A program made the position numbers and the translations under genes. This document shows positions 10,310-19,612 of a stretch of 64,000 nucleotides of DNA, piece after piece. The DNA is taken from contig JBQPWD010000001.1 in NCBI GenBank assembly GCA_052246995.1, forward strand, positions 96,001-160,000, in the 5' to 3' direction. The DNA is from Candidatus Bathyarchaeota archaeon. Its GTDB lineage: Archaea > Thermoproteota > Bathyarchaeia > Hecatellales > Hecatellaceae. The notes under the pieces are model-generated. The model was not told where the DNA came from, ran no database searches, and saw only the letters and a list, made by a program, of their open reading frames with translations. Numbering within the stretch: the first letter of the stretch is position 1; each line of letters begins with the position of its first letter.

Positions 10310-10361
10310 CCCAAAACTCTAATTAGGATGGGTATGCTATAATAGTATGGTGTGTTAAAAA

Positions 10362-10889
10362 TTGTCTGAAGTAGAATCTTCAATGTTTCTTCTTCTTCCT
10401 CTTATATTGTTATGCTGTCTTCTTCCAATGTTAATGAGAGGTGGAATGGGGCGATCAGTAGAAATTCCAAGAGAAGTTGATGTTTGGACTACTCCGCAAA
10501 GAATAGAGAACGTTTTTGATACAATAGTTCGAGAAGTTGAAAGTTGGAGAGAAAAAGTTCTTACGAAACCACAAAAACGTTCCTTTCCATTCTTAAAGGG
10601 TGGAAAAGAAGCGAGAGGAAGATTTGAGATTTTTCAATCTATTCCCCCTCGACTTCTTAAAATCGTAGACCGACAAGAAGGTGAAATGGTTTTTGAGCTT
10701 ACAGAAATTGAGGGTGGAGGCACATCTGTTAGAGCTTCTTTCTCTCCCTATGCAAAACAAAGAATTCAAACATTTAAAGCTCAACTTCCAGCAAAAATAA
10801 TGATTGGATGGCAAGCTTGTCCATATTGTGGTAAACCTACACTTTCAGATTACAATTTATGTCCTTACTGTGGCCAAAAATTAAAGTAG
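10362..10889 (+). CDS. hypothetical membrane-anchored protein with C-terminal zinc ribbon
   Basis: N-terminal hydrophobic helix; CPYCGK...CPYCGQKL at the C-terminus. Confidence 0.7.
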   Translation: MSEVESSMFLLLPLILLCCLLPMLMRGGMGRSVEIPREVDVWTTPQRIENVFDTIVREVESWREKVLTKPQKRSFPFLKGGKEARGRFEIFQSIPPRLLKIVDRQEGEMVFELTEIEGGGTSVRASFSPYAKQRIQTFKAQLPAKIMIGWQACPYCGKPTLSDYNLCPYCGQKLK

Positions 10890-10904
10890 AGAGTTAGAAA
10901 TAAG

Positions 10905-11333
10905 ATGAAAAAGTTTAACTGGGAAGTTTTATTTTCTCATAACCATTGGATAACCTTAAAAATCAAAGAGAAAAGATTTAAGATTTGTGCAAGGTGCTTA
11001 GGTGTTGTTGCAGGTTTTCTTACTTTTACATTAGCTGTAACATTTTTCAGTTTTCCATTTTTTCATGAACTATCTTTCCCATACCAGCTTGTTATATGTC
11101 TAATTTTAGTTTCACCAGCAATTTTTGATTGGATAACCCAGAGGTGGGGTCTTAGAGAAAGTAATAACTCTCTACGAATTTTTACAGGTTTTTTTGAGGG
11201 TTCAAGTGTTGTTTTCCTATATCTAACAAATGTTTCCTTCATTCAAAAAATCGTTATTATCTTATTTATTGGAGCATTAACTTTAAACATAGGTTTTGCA
11301 GGAGAAAGGCTCTTAAAAAGAAAAGTTGCTTAA
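10905..11333 (+). CDS. DUF2085-like membrane protein
   Basis: ICARCLG and P..FDW.TQ..G.RESNN.LR..TG motifs. Confidence 0.75.
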   Translation: MKKFNWEVLFSHNHWITLKIKEKRFKICARCLGVVAGFLTFTLAVTFFSFPFFHELSFPYQLVICLILVSPAIFDWITQRWGLRESNNSLRIFTGFFEGSSVVFLYLTNVSFIQKIVIILFIGALTLNIGFAGERLLKRKVA

Positions 11334-11361
11334 AAAGCAACTTCTGTAAACAGGTTAAAAT

Positions 11362-12300
11362 TTACTTAAAGTAAGGTTCTCTAGATAATACTGTTTTTAG
11401 AAAAATTTCATGTAACCTTTTTTCTGGAGCATTTTTACGTACGTAGGATATAATATCTACAAGGTTATCGTTTCTCATTAGACATGGTTTAAGTTTTCCT
11501 GATGCTGTGACCCTAAGCCTGCTACAATTTATGCAAAAACTTGAATTATGAAAAGGTCTAACAAGTTCAACCCTAATCTTTCTACCACTTTCATTAAGAT
11601 AGTAAACTTTTCGATTATGGAGACTTCGGATCTCAACTTTTTCTGCTTTTGAGGCTAGTTGCTTTTCTACATCATCAAGACTAAAATAATATTTGTCATA
11701 AAGTTTTTTTGCGTCGCCAAGTTTTTCTAGCTCTATAAGTTGTAACGTTAAATCTTTGTTTGCTAGATAGTTTATCATATCCCATACTTCTTCGTCATTT
11801 AAAGATTTAAGAACAACCATGTTTACCTTGACAGGGTTTAAGCCTGCTTCACAAGCTTTCTCTATACCTTCCTCAACGTTTTTAACATAATCCTTTCCAG
11901 TAATAGCCTTATAAGTACTTTTTTTCTTTGATGGAAAATTCACATTAACCCGGCTTAAACCTGCCTCCTTAAGCCACTTAACCTTTCCAGCTAAAAGTGT
12001 ACCGTTAGTTGTCATTGAAATTTCAGTTATCCCTTTTATACTTTTAATTTTTGAGATAACATCAAAAATATCGTTTCTTAGTAAAGGTTCTCCACCAGTT
12101 AATTTAACCTTTGAAACTCCAAAATAAGATGCAACTTTAACAATTTTTTCAATTTCTCCACTTGTCATCTCATTATTTTCCTTTACCTCTCCCTCTTTAT
12201 GACAATAAAAACATTTAAGATTGCACTTTTGTGTTAGCGAAATTCTTAAACTTGTGATAGGTCTTCCAAATCCATCTTTTATCAACATTTTAAGCCTCAA
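11362..12300 (-). CDS. moaA: GTP 3',8-cyclase MoaA
   Basis: LRISLTQKCNLKCFYC, TGGEP and FC..CSRLRVT..GKLKPCL. Confidence 0.95.
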   Translation of the reverse strand: MRLKMLIKDGFGRPITSLRISLTQKCNLKCFYCHKEGEVKENNEMTSGEIEKIVKVASYFGVSKVKLTGGEPLLRNDIFDVISKIKSIKGITEISMTTNGTLLAGKVKWLKEAGLSRVNVNFPSKKKSTYKAITGKDYVKNVEEGIEKACEAGLNPVKVNMVVLKSLNDEEVWDMINYLANKDLTLQLIELEKLGDAKKLYDKYYFSLDDVEKQLASKAEKVEIRSLHNRKVYYLNESGRKIRVELVRPFHNSSFCINCSRLRVTASGKLKPCLMRNDNLVDIISYVRKNAPEKRLHEIFLKTVLSREPYFK

Positions 12301-12369
12301 AAATGGGCTTAAAGATTGCTTAACGTAGTTTTGGAGTAGTGTGCATAAAAATTTTTCTACAAATTTGTT

Positions 12370-12969
12370 TTAGGATGAATTTTTTTCTATTTTTCTTTCT
12401 TTAAATTCAAATTTTTCTCTTTCCCGTGAAAATATTATTTCAAGTTGTTTTTTCATCAATTTTTGGTCGCGGCTTAGGTTAAAATAATCTGAGAATGTTT
12501 CTGTTGTTCTGAGAATGTATGTTTTACCCATTTTTTCACGTGAAATAAATCCCATGTCAAGAAGTTTCCTAATGTGGTCATATGCCTGCCTTCCACGGAT
12601 AGCGATAACTTTGGCTAATGCTACTGGTTGTCTATAAGCAATATAAGAAAGGGTTTTTAAGGGCCCTTCTGTTAATAGAGGTCTAAGCGATAGTCTTCTA
12701 ACCTTATCAACGTATTGGGGTTTAAGTTGCATAACAAATCTTTCATTTTCAAGCTCGACAATTTCAAGTGTAGTTTCTCTAGAAGCATAATCTTCAACAA
12801 GCGATTTAACTATTTCACAAACTTTTTTCTTTGAATAGATTTGTGTAATTGAACATAAAGTTTTAAGTTCTAAAGGATAACCTGCCGCGTAAAGAGCAGC
12901 CTCAATTAACATCTTCTTCTTTTTAAGCTCTTCATCGCTAAGAACTTTATCCTTTTGTTGGTTCTTCAT
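12370..12969 (-). CDS. scpB: segregation and condensation protein ScpB
   Basis: IEAALY, LKTLSYIAYRQP, IRG and TT..F..YF; in an operon with smc and scpA. Confidence 0.93.
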   Translation of the reverse strand: MKNQQKDKVLSDEELKKKKMLIEAALYAAGYPLELKTLCSITQIYSKKKVCEIVKSLVEDYASRETTLEIVELENERFVMQLKPQYVDKVRRLSLRPLLTEGPLKTLSYIAYRQPVALAKVIAIRGRQAYDHIRKLLDMGFISREKMGKTYILRTTETFSDYFNLSRDQKLMKKQLEIIFSREREKFEFKERKIEKNSS

Positions 12970-13648
12970 GCTTCTGTGTCCCTGCAGTTATGACTACATA
13001 AATTTCCCCAAAATTTTCTTCTTGGTAAAGTTCAACTAAACCCTTAGATGCCAGAAAAAGTAGGAATAAAAATATCCTTACAATTTCATGTTTTGTTTTT
13101 CCCTCTACAATGCTGGAGAAGGCAATATGTTTTTCTCCGTGTTTATATTTAAGGATCTCGTAAAATTCCTCTATTTTAGCTTCAATTTCAGCCATAAACT
13201 CGTTATAATCTTTAAAAAACTCTGGTGGTGGACTTTCTACTGGTATAAGTCTGACATTATGTCTAACAAAGTTTTTTTCGTTTTCTAATGTTTCTTTTAA
13301 AGTTTCAAGAAGCTGGCTTAAAGTGGTAGCTGAAATTCCAACTCTAAGCGGAATTTTTAATGGTGGAGGGATGTAGTCTTGAATAACTGTAACCTCTTTA
13401 GGTTTAACTGGTTTTTCAAGTTCTAAAATATGTTCAGATTGTAAGCGTAAAACTATGCTTGACGAAAGTAACGCTGTACCTGAAGCTGCAAAATCAATAT
13501 AACCCTTGTTTCGCATTTCACTTAAAAAGGATGATAAAAGATAGGCAATATCTAGACTCCAAGGCTGAATCTTGTACAGTTTTACTAGGTCAAAAAGAAT
13601 CTGCCATGGATGCCTTAAATAAAAAGGTTTCTCTGCTTGACTATTCAC
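12947..13648 (-). CDS. scpA: kleisin ScpA
   Basis: PW..DI..L N-terminal motif and F..LLFL...G.V.L.Q...FGEI C-terminal motif; overlaps the smc stop. Confidence 0.9.
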   Translation of the reverse strand: MNSQAEKPFYLRHPWQILFDLVKLYKIQPWSLDIAYLLSSFLSEMRNKGYIDFAASGTALLSSSIVLRLQSEHILELEKPVKPKEVTVIQDYIPPPLKIPLRVGISATTLSQLLETLKETLENEKNFVRHNVRLIPVESPPPEFFKDYNEFMAEIEAKIEEFYEILKYKHGEKHIAFSSIVEGKTKHEIVRIFLFLLFLASKGLVELYQEENFGEIYVVITAGTQKHEEPTKG

Positions 13649-16600
13649 TTTCCCAACCCTTGCAAAGGTAATGAATAAAGATGAGATACTCCATCCTTTA
13701 AATATATGCCAAAAATTCTGTCAGCTTTTACTGCTACAGGCTCCTTAAAGGATATAACAATTACTTGAGAGTTTTTTGCCTCCCTGGATAAAAGTTCAGC
13801 TAATCTTTGAGTATTTACAGGATCAAGGTGAGCATCAACCTCATCAAAAATATAGAATGAGGGTGTTTTTGTTAAACTTTGAAGTGCAAAAATGTAACAT
13901 ATAGCAACAATGGATCTCTCACCTCCACTTGCCGCTGTAATAGGCATGAGGTTTTTTCCAGGAAATTCGACGATAATATCAAGTCCACTTGAGAACGGAT
14001 CATCAGGATTTTGTAGTTGAATCCAACCTTTCCCTCCGGTTATGCTGTGGAACATTTCAGAAAATTTTGCATTTACTTTTTCTAACGCATCGAAAAAAGT
14101 TTCCTTTTTCTCTTTTTCGATCTCATCCATAAACCTTAAAATTTCCCTTTTTTCAGCTTCAAGTTGATTTATTCTAATTGAGAGCTCTTTATAATTATTT
14201 TTTTGAGGTTCATAAAGTGATAAAGCATTCATGTTTACCTTGCCGGCCAAATCATCATATTCTCTTTTAAGCTTTTCAAACAATCTTTCCTCAAACTCTC
14301 CCTCCTCAAGATTTAATGGTTCTTCGTATCCTAATTCTTTAAGCTCTTTAAAGTGTTGTTCAAGCTCTAGTTGTTTCCTTAAAAGATCCTGTTTAAGGTT
14401 ATTCACGTTTTGAAGTTTATTTTCAATTTCACTATTAACAACTTTAATTTGTTTATCAATCTCCTCTAACACGTTTATAAACATTTTTTGTTTTTCTTTT
14501 TTATTGGCAAGTTCTGTTAGAATTTTTTCTTTTTCTTTTTCAAGCTCTTTAAGTTTCTCCTTTAAATCCTTAACTTTTTCTCTTGATTCTTCAGCACTCC
14601 TTCTAACTGTTCTAATAGTTTTATTTAAATTTATAATTTCCTTTTTAATTGATTCTATAGAAGGAAGAAGCATGTTGTTGATGTTCAACTCATCAGTCAA
14701 TATTCTATTGTTAATTTCATTAAGCCTACGTTGAATCTCGTTTATTTCAGCTTCTAGTTTTGCATTTTTGCTTTCTAAAAGTGTTAAATGCTCTGGTTTA
14801 AGTTTATGCTTAAATGTTGAAGCTTCGCTTCTTACACTGTGAAGTTCCTCCAAAATTTGTTTTTTCCTGTCTTCAGCTTCATTAATCCAGCTTTTTGAGC
14901 TTTCATACTCATTTTTTAGCTTTCTAATTCTCTTATCGATCTCTACAATATTTTTTTGGATTCTCTCAATATTTTCTCTTATGGTTGAAAGGTCTTTTTC
15001 AAAAAATTTTACGGCATCTTCATGTAAAACTCTCTCGTTTTCAAGTCTTAAAAGTTCTCTGTTTAAACGTGTAAGTTCGTTTTTCTTACTTTCAATAAGT
15101 TTTTCAAATGAGCTGATTACCTGAGTCACTTCTTTAATAACGTTGTCGCTTGGTAGAAAATCTGATAAATCTACCTTTTCCCTATAAAACCCAACTTCGA
15201 ATTTTAATCCCGGCTGGAAAACTTCACCATCTAGTGTTACAACCCTATATCCCTGAAGTGAAGCCTTTAATGCTGAATCTTCCTCCTCAGCGAGAAGGGT
15301 ATCTCCGAAAATAAAGTTCACCGCAGGACTGTACTTTGCTGGGCTTTTAATAAATGATGCCAACACTCCAAGGATTCCTGGAATCCTTGGCGGTTGAAGA
15401 GTTTTAATATGCTGGATAGATTGTAAAGGTATAAGCTTTATTCTGCCTATTTTAGCTTTTTTTAACGCTCCTGCACATGCTTTAACGGTGTCTAAATTTT
15501 CAACAATTAATGCTTGAAGCCATCCATCAGAAGCTGCTTCAACAGCTTTCCTATATTTTTCGTCAACGTGGATTTTTTGTTTAACTCTTCCATAAATCCC
15601 TGTTAAAGCTTTAATGCTTGCAAGATTTTCAATATACTCTAGTGCTTTTTCTTCTGAAATTAACATATTGGCAAGGTCTTTTCGTGATGTAAACTCAGCT
15701 ATAGTTGCTCTAATCTGTTTGGCTTTTTTTTCAGAGTTTATGATTTCTTTTTCAGTAATTTCTATTCTTTGTTTAATTTTTTCTACGGTTTTAACGGTTT
15801 TCTCCAGTAAATCTTGTTCCTTTTCCTTTAACTCTTCAAGCATTTTAAATCTTTCAATAAAATTTTCATAAAGATTTCTGAATGCCTCTCTCCTACTTTC
15901 TAGAGATTTTATTTGGTCCTCAAAAATTTCACAGCTCTTTTTTTCAGCATTAATTTTTATTTCAAGTTTTCCATTTTCTTTTTCTAATTTGCTTATTTTC
16001 TCTTCTAATGTTGAAAGTTTTTCAAGGTTTTCATCTGCAAATTTTCTTATTTTTTCTATTCTTTCTAAAATTTCTCTTCTTTCTTTTTCTTTTTCTTTAA
16101 TTACTTCTTCTGCTTCGTTTTTTAGCTTCTTAGATTTTTTAAGTTCTTCATTAATGGTGGCAAGCTGTTTTCTAAGTGATTTGAAGGTTTCTATTTTCTT
16201 AATTCTTACCTCATCATAAGATTTTAAAACTGATTCTGCTGAAGAAATTAAAGTTTTAAGTTCAGCAACTCTTGAGTTTAAGTTTCCTATCTCATTTTGT
16301 ATGGTGAGAAGTCTATCTTCACCTTTATCAACCACGTTAAAGGTGTAATCCTTCCACTTTTTCTCCTCGCTTGAGTATAATTTTTCAAGTTCTTCGGATT
16401 TTTCCCTAAGCTTTCCAAGTTCCGTCTCTTTAACTTTAAGTTCTTCACTAATTTCTTCAGCCTCAAGTTGGAGCTTTCTAATCGTTTTTGATAGTTTAAT
16501 GGCGTTTAGCCTTTTAAGTTCATTTTTAACGTAGTTATATCTTAAAAGAATGTTTCTCTCTACCTCAAGTTCTATTAAACGTTTTTTAACTTCTTCAAAT

Positions 16601-17175
16601 TTGCCAGTAGCTGCCTTTAAGTTTAATTCTGCCTCCCTTAATTGTGCTTTAGCTTCTTCTTTTTTTCTATCGTATTCAGCTATCCCTATTATGCCTTCAA
16701 CATGTTTTCTTCTATCTTCAGGGCTAAAGTCTGAAATCTTAAGTATTGTTCCCTGAGTAACAACATTCATCCCTATGGATGCATGCCTTATCATATCAAC
16801 TAAGATTCCTCTAGGGTACCTTTTACCATTAACCTTGTAAAGACTGCTTCCATCAGAGCCCAAATAACGTGAAATAACAACAACATCAGAGTCTACTGGA
16901 ATTTTTCTTTCAGCGTTGTCAAGATGTACCGTTACAACAGCATATTTTGCCTTTTGAAAGTTACTATTTCCATGCCATAAAAGTTGTGAAAAATTTGTTG
17001 CTCTTAAACTTCTGATACTAAGTTCTCCAAAAACAAAACTTATAGCGTCAACTATGTTTGTTTTTCCACTTCCATTTGGACCCATAATAACGTTTAATCC
17101 TTTGTCAAAAGGAATAACAGTTTTTTTTGCGAATGTTTTAAAATTGTAAATTTCAAGTTTTTTAATAAAAACCAT
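13645..17175 (-). CDS. smc: chromosome segregation protein SMC
   Basis: Walker A GPNGSGKT, two coiled coils around a hinge (VTLDG), signature SGGE and Walker B FDEVDAHLD. Confidence 0.96.
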   Translation of the reverse strand: MVFIKKLEIYNFKTFAKKTVIPFDKGLNVIMGPNGSGKTNIVDAISFVFGELSIRSLRATNFSQLLWHGNSNFQKAKYAVVTVHLDNAERKIPVDSDVVVISRYLGSDGSSLYKVNGKRYPRGILVDMIRHASIGMNVVTQGTILKISDFSPEDRRKHVEGIIGIAEYDRKKEEAKAQLREAELNLKAATGKFEEVKKRLIELEVERNILLRYNYVKNELKRLNAIKLSKTIRKLQLEAEEISEELKVKETELGKLREKSEELEKLYSSEEKKWKDYTFNVVDKGEDRLLTIQNEIGNLNSRVAELKTLISSAESVLKSYDEVRIKKIETFKSLRKQLATINEELKKSKKLKNEAEEVIKEKEKERREILERIEKIRKFADENLEKLSTLEEKISKLEKENGKLEIKINAEKKSCEIFEDQIKSLESRREAFRNLYENFIERFKMLEELKEKEQDLLEKTVKTVEKIKQRIEITEKEIINSEKKAKQIRATIAEFTSRKDLANMLISEEKALEYIENLASIKALTGIYGRVKQKIHVDEKYRKAVEAASDGWLQALIVENLDTVKACAGALKKAKIGRIKLIPLQSIQHIKTLQPPRIPGILGVLASFIKSPAKYSPAVNFIFGDTLLAEEEDSALKASLQGYRVVTLDGEVFQPGLKFEVGFYREKVDLSDFLPSDNVIKEVTQVISSFEKLIESKKNELTRLNRELLRLENERVLHEDAVKFFEKDLSTIRENIERIQKNIVEIDKRIRKLKNEYESSKSWINEAEDRKKQILEELHSVRSEASTFKHKLKPEHLTLLESKNAKLEAEINEIQRRLNEINNRILTDELNINNMLLPSIESIKKEIINLNKTIRTVRRSAEESREKVKDLKEKLKELEKEKEKILTELANKKEKQKMFINVLEEIDKQIKVVNSEIENKLQNVNNLKQDLLRKQLELEQHFKELKELGYEEPLNLEEGEFEERLFEKLKREYDDLAGKVNMNALSLYEPQKNNYKELSIRINQLEAEKREILRFMDEIEKEKKETFFDALEKVNAKFSEMFHSITGGKGWIQLQNPDDPFSSGLDIIVEFPGKNLMPITAASGGERSIVAICYIFALQSLTKTPSFYIFDEVDAHLDPVNTQRLAELLSREAKNSQVIVISFKEPVAVKADRIFGIYLKDGVSHLYSLPLQGLGK

Positions 17176-17396
17176 TACGTCATTTCCTCCACTACTTAAA
17201 CAACGAGTGTTCTGTATCGTCTCTCCTTAATATTTTTCAATCTGCTTTTAAAACTAAAAAAACTAAGTTACATGTTAACTTAAAAATGCTTAAAAATTTT
17301 TTAACATATTTCTATCTTCCAGATAAAAGTTGAAGGGTTAGCTGTGGTTTTAATTTTTCAACCTAATTTCTTTAGGTTAGAAGGAGTTGTGCAATA

Positions 17397-18494
17397 TTGT
17401 TTAGTGGCATGGTTAAACATCTTAGTGCTAGGAGAATTAATGCCTTAAAAAATATGATGGAAAAATTAAAGTTTGATTGTTATGTTTGTAAATTTTCTCC
17501 AAATATTCAATATCTCTTGGCTAATAGTCAAGTTGATGGTGAAGGTTTTGCTTTAATTGTTTTTTTAGATGATAAGTTGCCTATCCTTTATATTCCAAAA
17601 CTTGAGGAAACGCGTGTTAAATTTGAAGTTAAGAATGCGGATATAAGGCTTCTTACTCGCACGAGATTTGAGGAAAACCTGCTAGAAACTTTCTTAGAAA
17701 AGAAAGTCAAAAATGTTTACTTTGACAGTTTATCTTTAACAGAACTGGAGTTCTTTAAAAAAAGACTTAAAAATGCATATTTTAAGCTTTTTCCCAGCAT
17801 TCTGATAAACCTTAGGGAAATTAAAGATGAATTGGAAGTTAAGCTTATTGAAAAAGCAACACAAATTTCTGCTATGGGGGTTAAAGTAGGATTAGAGTTT
17901 TTAAGAGTTGGTGTTAAAGAATTTGAAGTTGCTGCTGAAATTGAATATGAGATGAGAAAAAAAGGTGCTGAAAGTTTGGCATTTAAAACTATAGTGGCTT
18001 CAGGCTTTAGGTCAAGCTTTCCCCATGCGGTTTCAACTGAGAAAAAAATTAAAAGCGGTGACCCTGTAGTTATTGATGTTGGCGCTAAATTTATGGGTTA
18101 TGTTTCAGATATAACTAGAACTAGCTACGTGGGTAAACCCTCTACTACGTATCAAAAAATTTACGACATAGTTGTTTCAGCTCAATTTAAAGCGATAAAA
18201 GCTATAAAGGCAGGTTTAAAGGGATTTGAAGCTGACAACATTGCCAGAAATGTTATTGTTGACGGAGGTTATGGTGAATATTTTCCGCATGGGCTTGGTC
18301 ATGGTTTAGGATTAGAAATTCATGAGTCTCCTAGGCTTTCAGCTACAAGTGAAGATGTTTTAAAAAATATGCAAGTTGTCACAGTCGAGCCAGGCATATA
18401 TCTACCATACAAGTTTGGGGTTAGAATTGAAGATGTTTGTTTGGTAACCAATAAGGGATTAAAAGTTATATCTAAAAAGTATATTCAACTTTAA
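17397..18494 (+). CDS. Xaa-Pro peptidase (M24B)
   Basis: D.GA...[28 protein letters not shown] and GVRIED. Confidence 0.93.
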   Translation: MFSGMVKHLSARRINALKNMMEKLKFDCYVCKFSPNIQYLLANSQVDGEGFALIVFLDDKLPILYIPKLEETRVKFEVKNADIRLLTRTRFEENLLETFLEKKVKNVYFDSLSLTELEFFKKRLKNAYFKLFPSILINLREIKDELEVKLIEKATQISAMGVKVGLEFLRVGVKEFEVAAEIEYEMRKKGAESLAFKTIVASGFRSSFPHAVSTEKKIKSGDPVVIDVGAKFMGYVSDITRTSYVGKPSTTYQKIYDIVVSAQFKAIKAIKAGLKGFEADNIARNVIVDGGYGEYFPHGLGHGLGLEIHESPRLSATSEDVLKNMQVVTVEPGIYLPYKFGVRIEDVCLVTNKGLKVISKKYIQL

Positions 18495-18620
18495 GCGTTT
18501 AAGACAAGTAGTTAACTAATTGAGAAATACGGATTGTTAGGGTATCGTTCATAAAGTATTTAATGCAAAGTGGTTAGGAATCTTCAGTATTTTTGATAAA
18601 TTGGAGTAAAAACCTTTAAA

Positions 18621-18757
18621 GAAACCCCTAGAAAAGGGTTTTCAATACGGGTTTGTTCGAAATTCTTATTAAACCCTACCCCCTTCCTCATAAATGAAGG
18701 GCTAATTGAGCCTCGGCATGAGGCGTTATACCTCGTGATGTCTGAAAAAATTCCACA
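18621..18757 (+). ncRNA. candidate structured RNA or leader upstream of trkA
   Basis: Four consecutive hairpins next to a BRE/TATA-like AAAAACCTTTAAA (18608-18620). Confidence 0.3.
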
Positions 18758-18859
18758 GCACTCCCGAATAGTTTTAACTGATAAACTAAAACATGATAGA
18801 CGTTTTTCCCAGAATTTACTTTCTATTTTATTTAAAAGTAGGAGGGTATAAAAAGTAGG

Positions 18860-19594
18860 TTGTATGTCATCATTGTTGGGTTAAGTGGTGTAGGTCAAGC
18901 ACTTGCAAAAATACTCGCCACGCGTAAACATGATACTGTGGTTATTGACAAAAATGAGGAAGTATGTAAAAAGTTTGCATCAGAAGCTGACGTGTTGGTA
19001 ATTCATGGTGATGCTTCTGATAAAGAAACCCTTCTAAACGCCGGAATAGAGAAAGCAGACGCTTTAATTGCTGCAACAAATGATGACTCTGTAAATCTTA
19101 TGGTTAGTTACATGTCTAAAGATTTTGGTGTTAAAAATATACTCGTAATTCTTAGAGATCCGGATCATGAAAAGGTTTTTAAAAATATTGGTGTCAAAAC
19201 GGTTTCTCCAGATGATATTGTTGCTGAACATATCTACCAAAGATTGCTCAATGTTGAAGACTTTCTTCTGATAGATAGTTACAATGTTAATGAGAAAATT
19301 AAAGGTAAATTAAGGTGTGAGGTTTTCTACGTTAGAGCTGAAGAGGATACCAATGTTATTGGTAAAGGAGTTAAGGACGTTTCCCTACCAAATGGATACA
19401 AAATCCTTGGAATTTTAAAGAAAGGCGAATTCTTCTCTGAGGAAGAAAATCCGATAATAGAGGTTGGAGATGGCGTTATACTTTACACCAGTAACGCCGA
19501 GGATTCCGGAACAATTAAACACGTGGTTGATAACTTTACAGGAAAAAGAAAACATAAAGGGAAGGTAGAAAGAAAAGTAGAACAAATAACTTAA
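18860..19594 (+). CDS. trkA: TrkA-family K+ uptake regulatory subunit
   Basis: IIVG...VG, GDAS and ADALIAATNDD in RCK_N, followed by RCK_C. Confidence 0.88.
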   Translation: MYVIIVGLSGVGQALAKILATRKHDTVVIDKNEEVCKKFASEADVLVIHGDASDKETLLNAGIEKADALIAATNDDSVNLMVSYMSKDFGVKNILVILRDPDHEKVFKNIGVKTVSPDDIVAEHIYQRLLNVEDFLLIDSYNVNEKIKGKLRCEVFYVRAEEDTNVIGKGVKDVSLPNGYKILGILKKGEFFSEEENPIIEVGDGVILYTSNAEDSGTIKHVVDNFTGKRKHKGKVERKVEQIT

Positions 19595-19612
19595 AAATTA
19601 AAATTTAAAACT

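Noticed and set aside
13088-16756. Several short, mostly Ser/Phe/Leu-rich plus-strand ORFs
   Set aside because: Antisense shadows of scpA and the Lys/Glu-rich SMC coiled coils; the same applies to the other short ORFs nested in confident genes
18621-18790. c-di-AMP (ydaO) riboswitch upstream of the K+ transporter
   Set aside because: The conserved GCUGAA and GUCAGCUAAC-type segments are absent; kept only as an unassigned structured element
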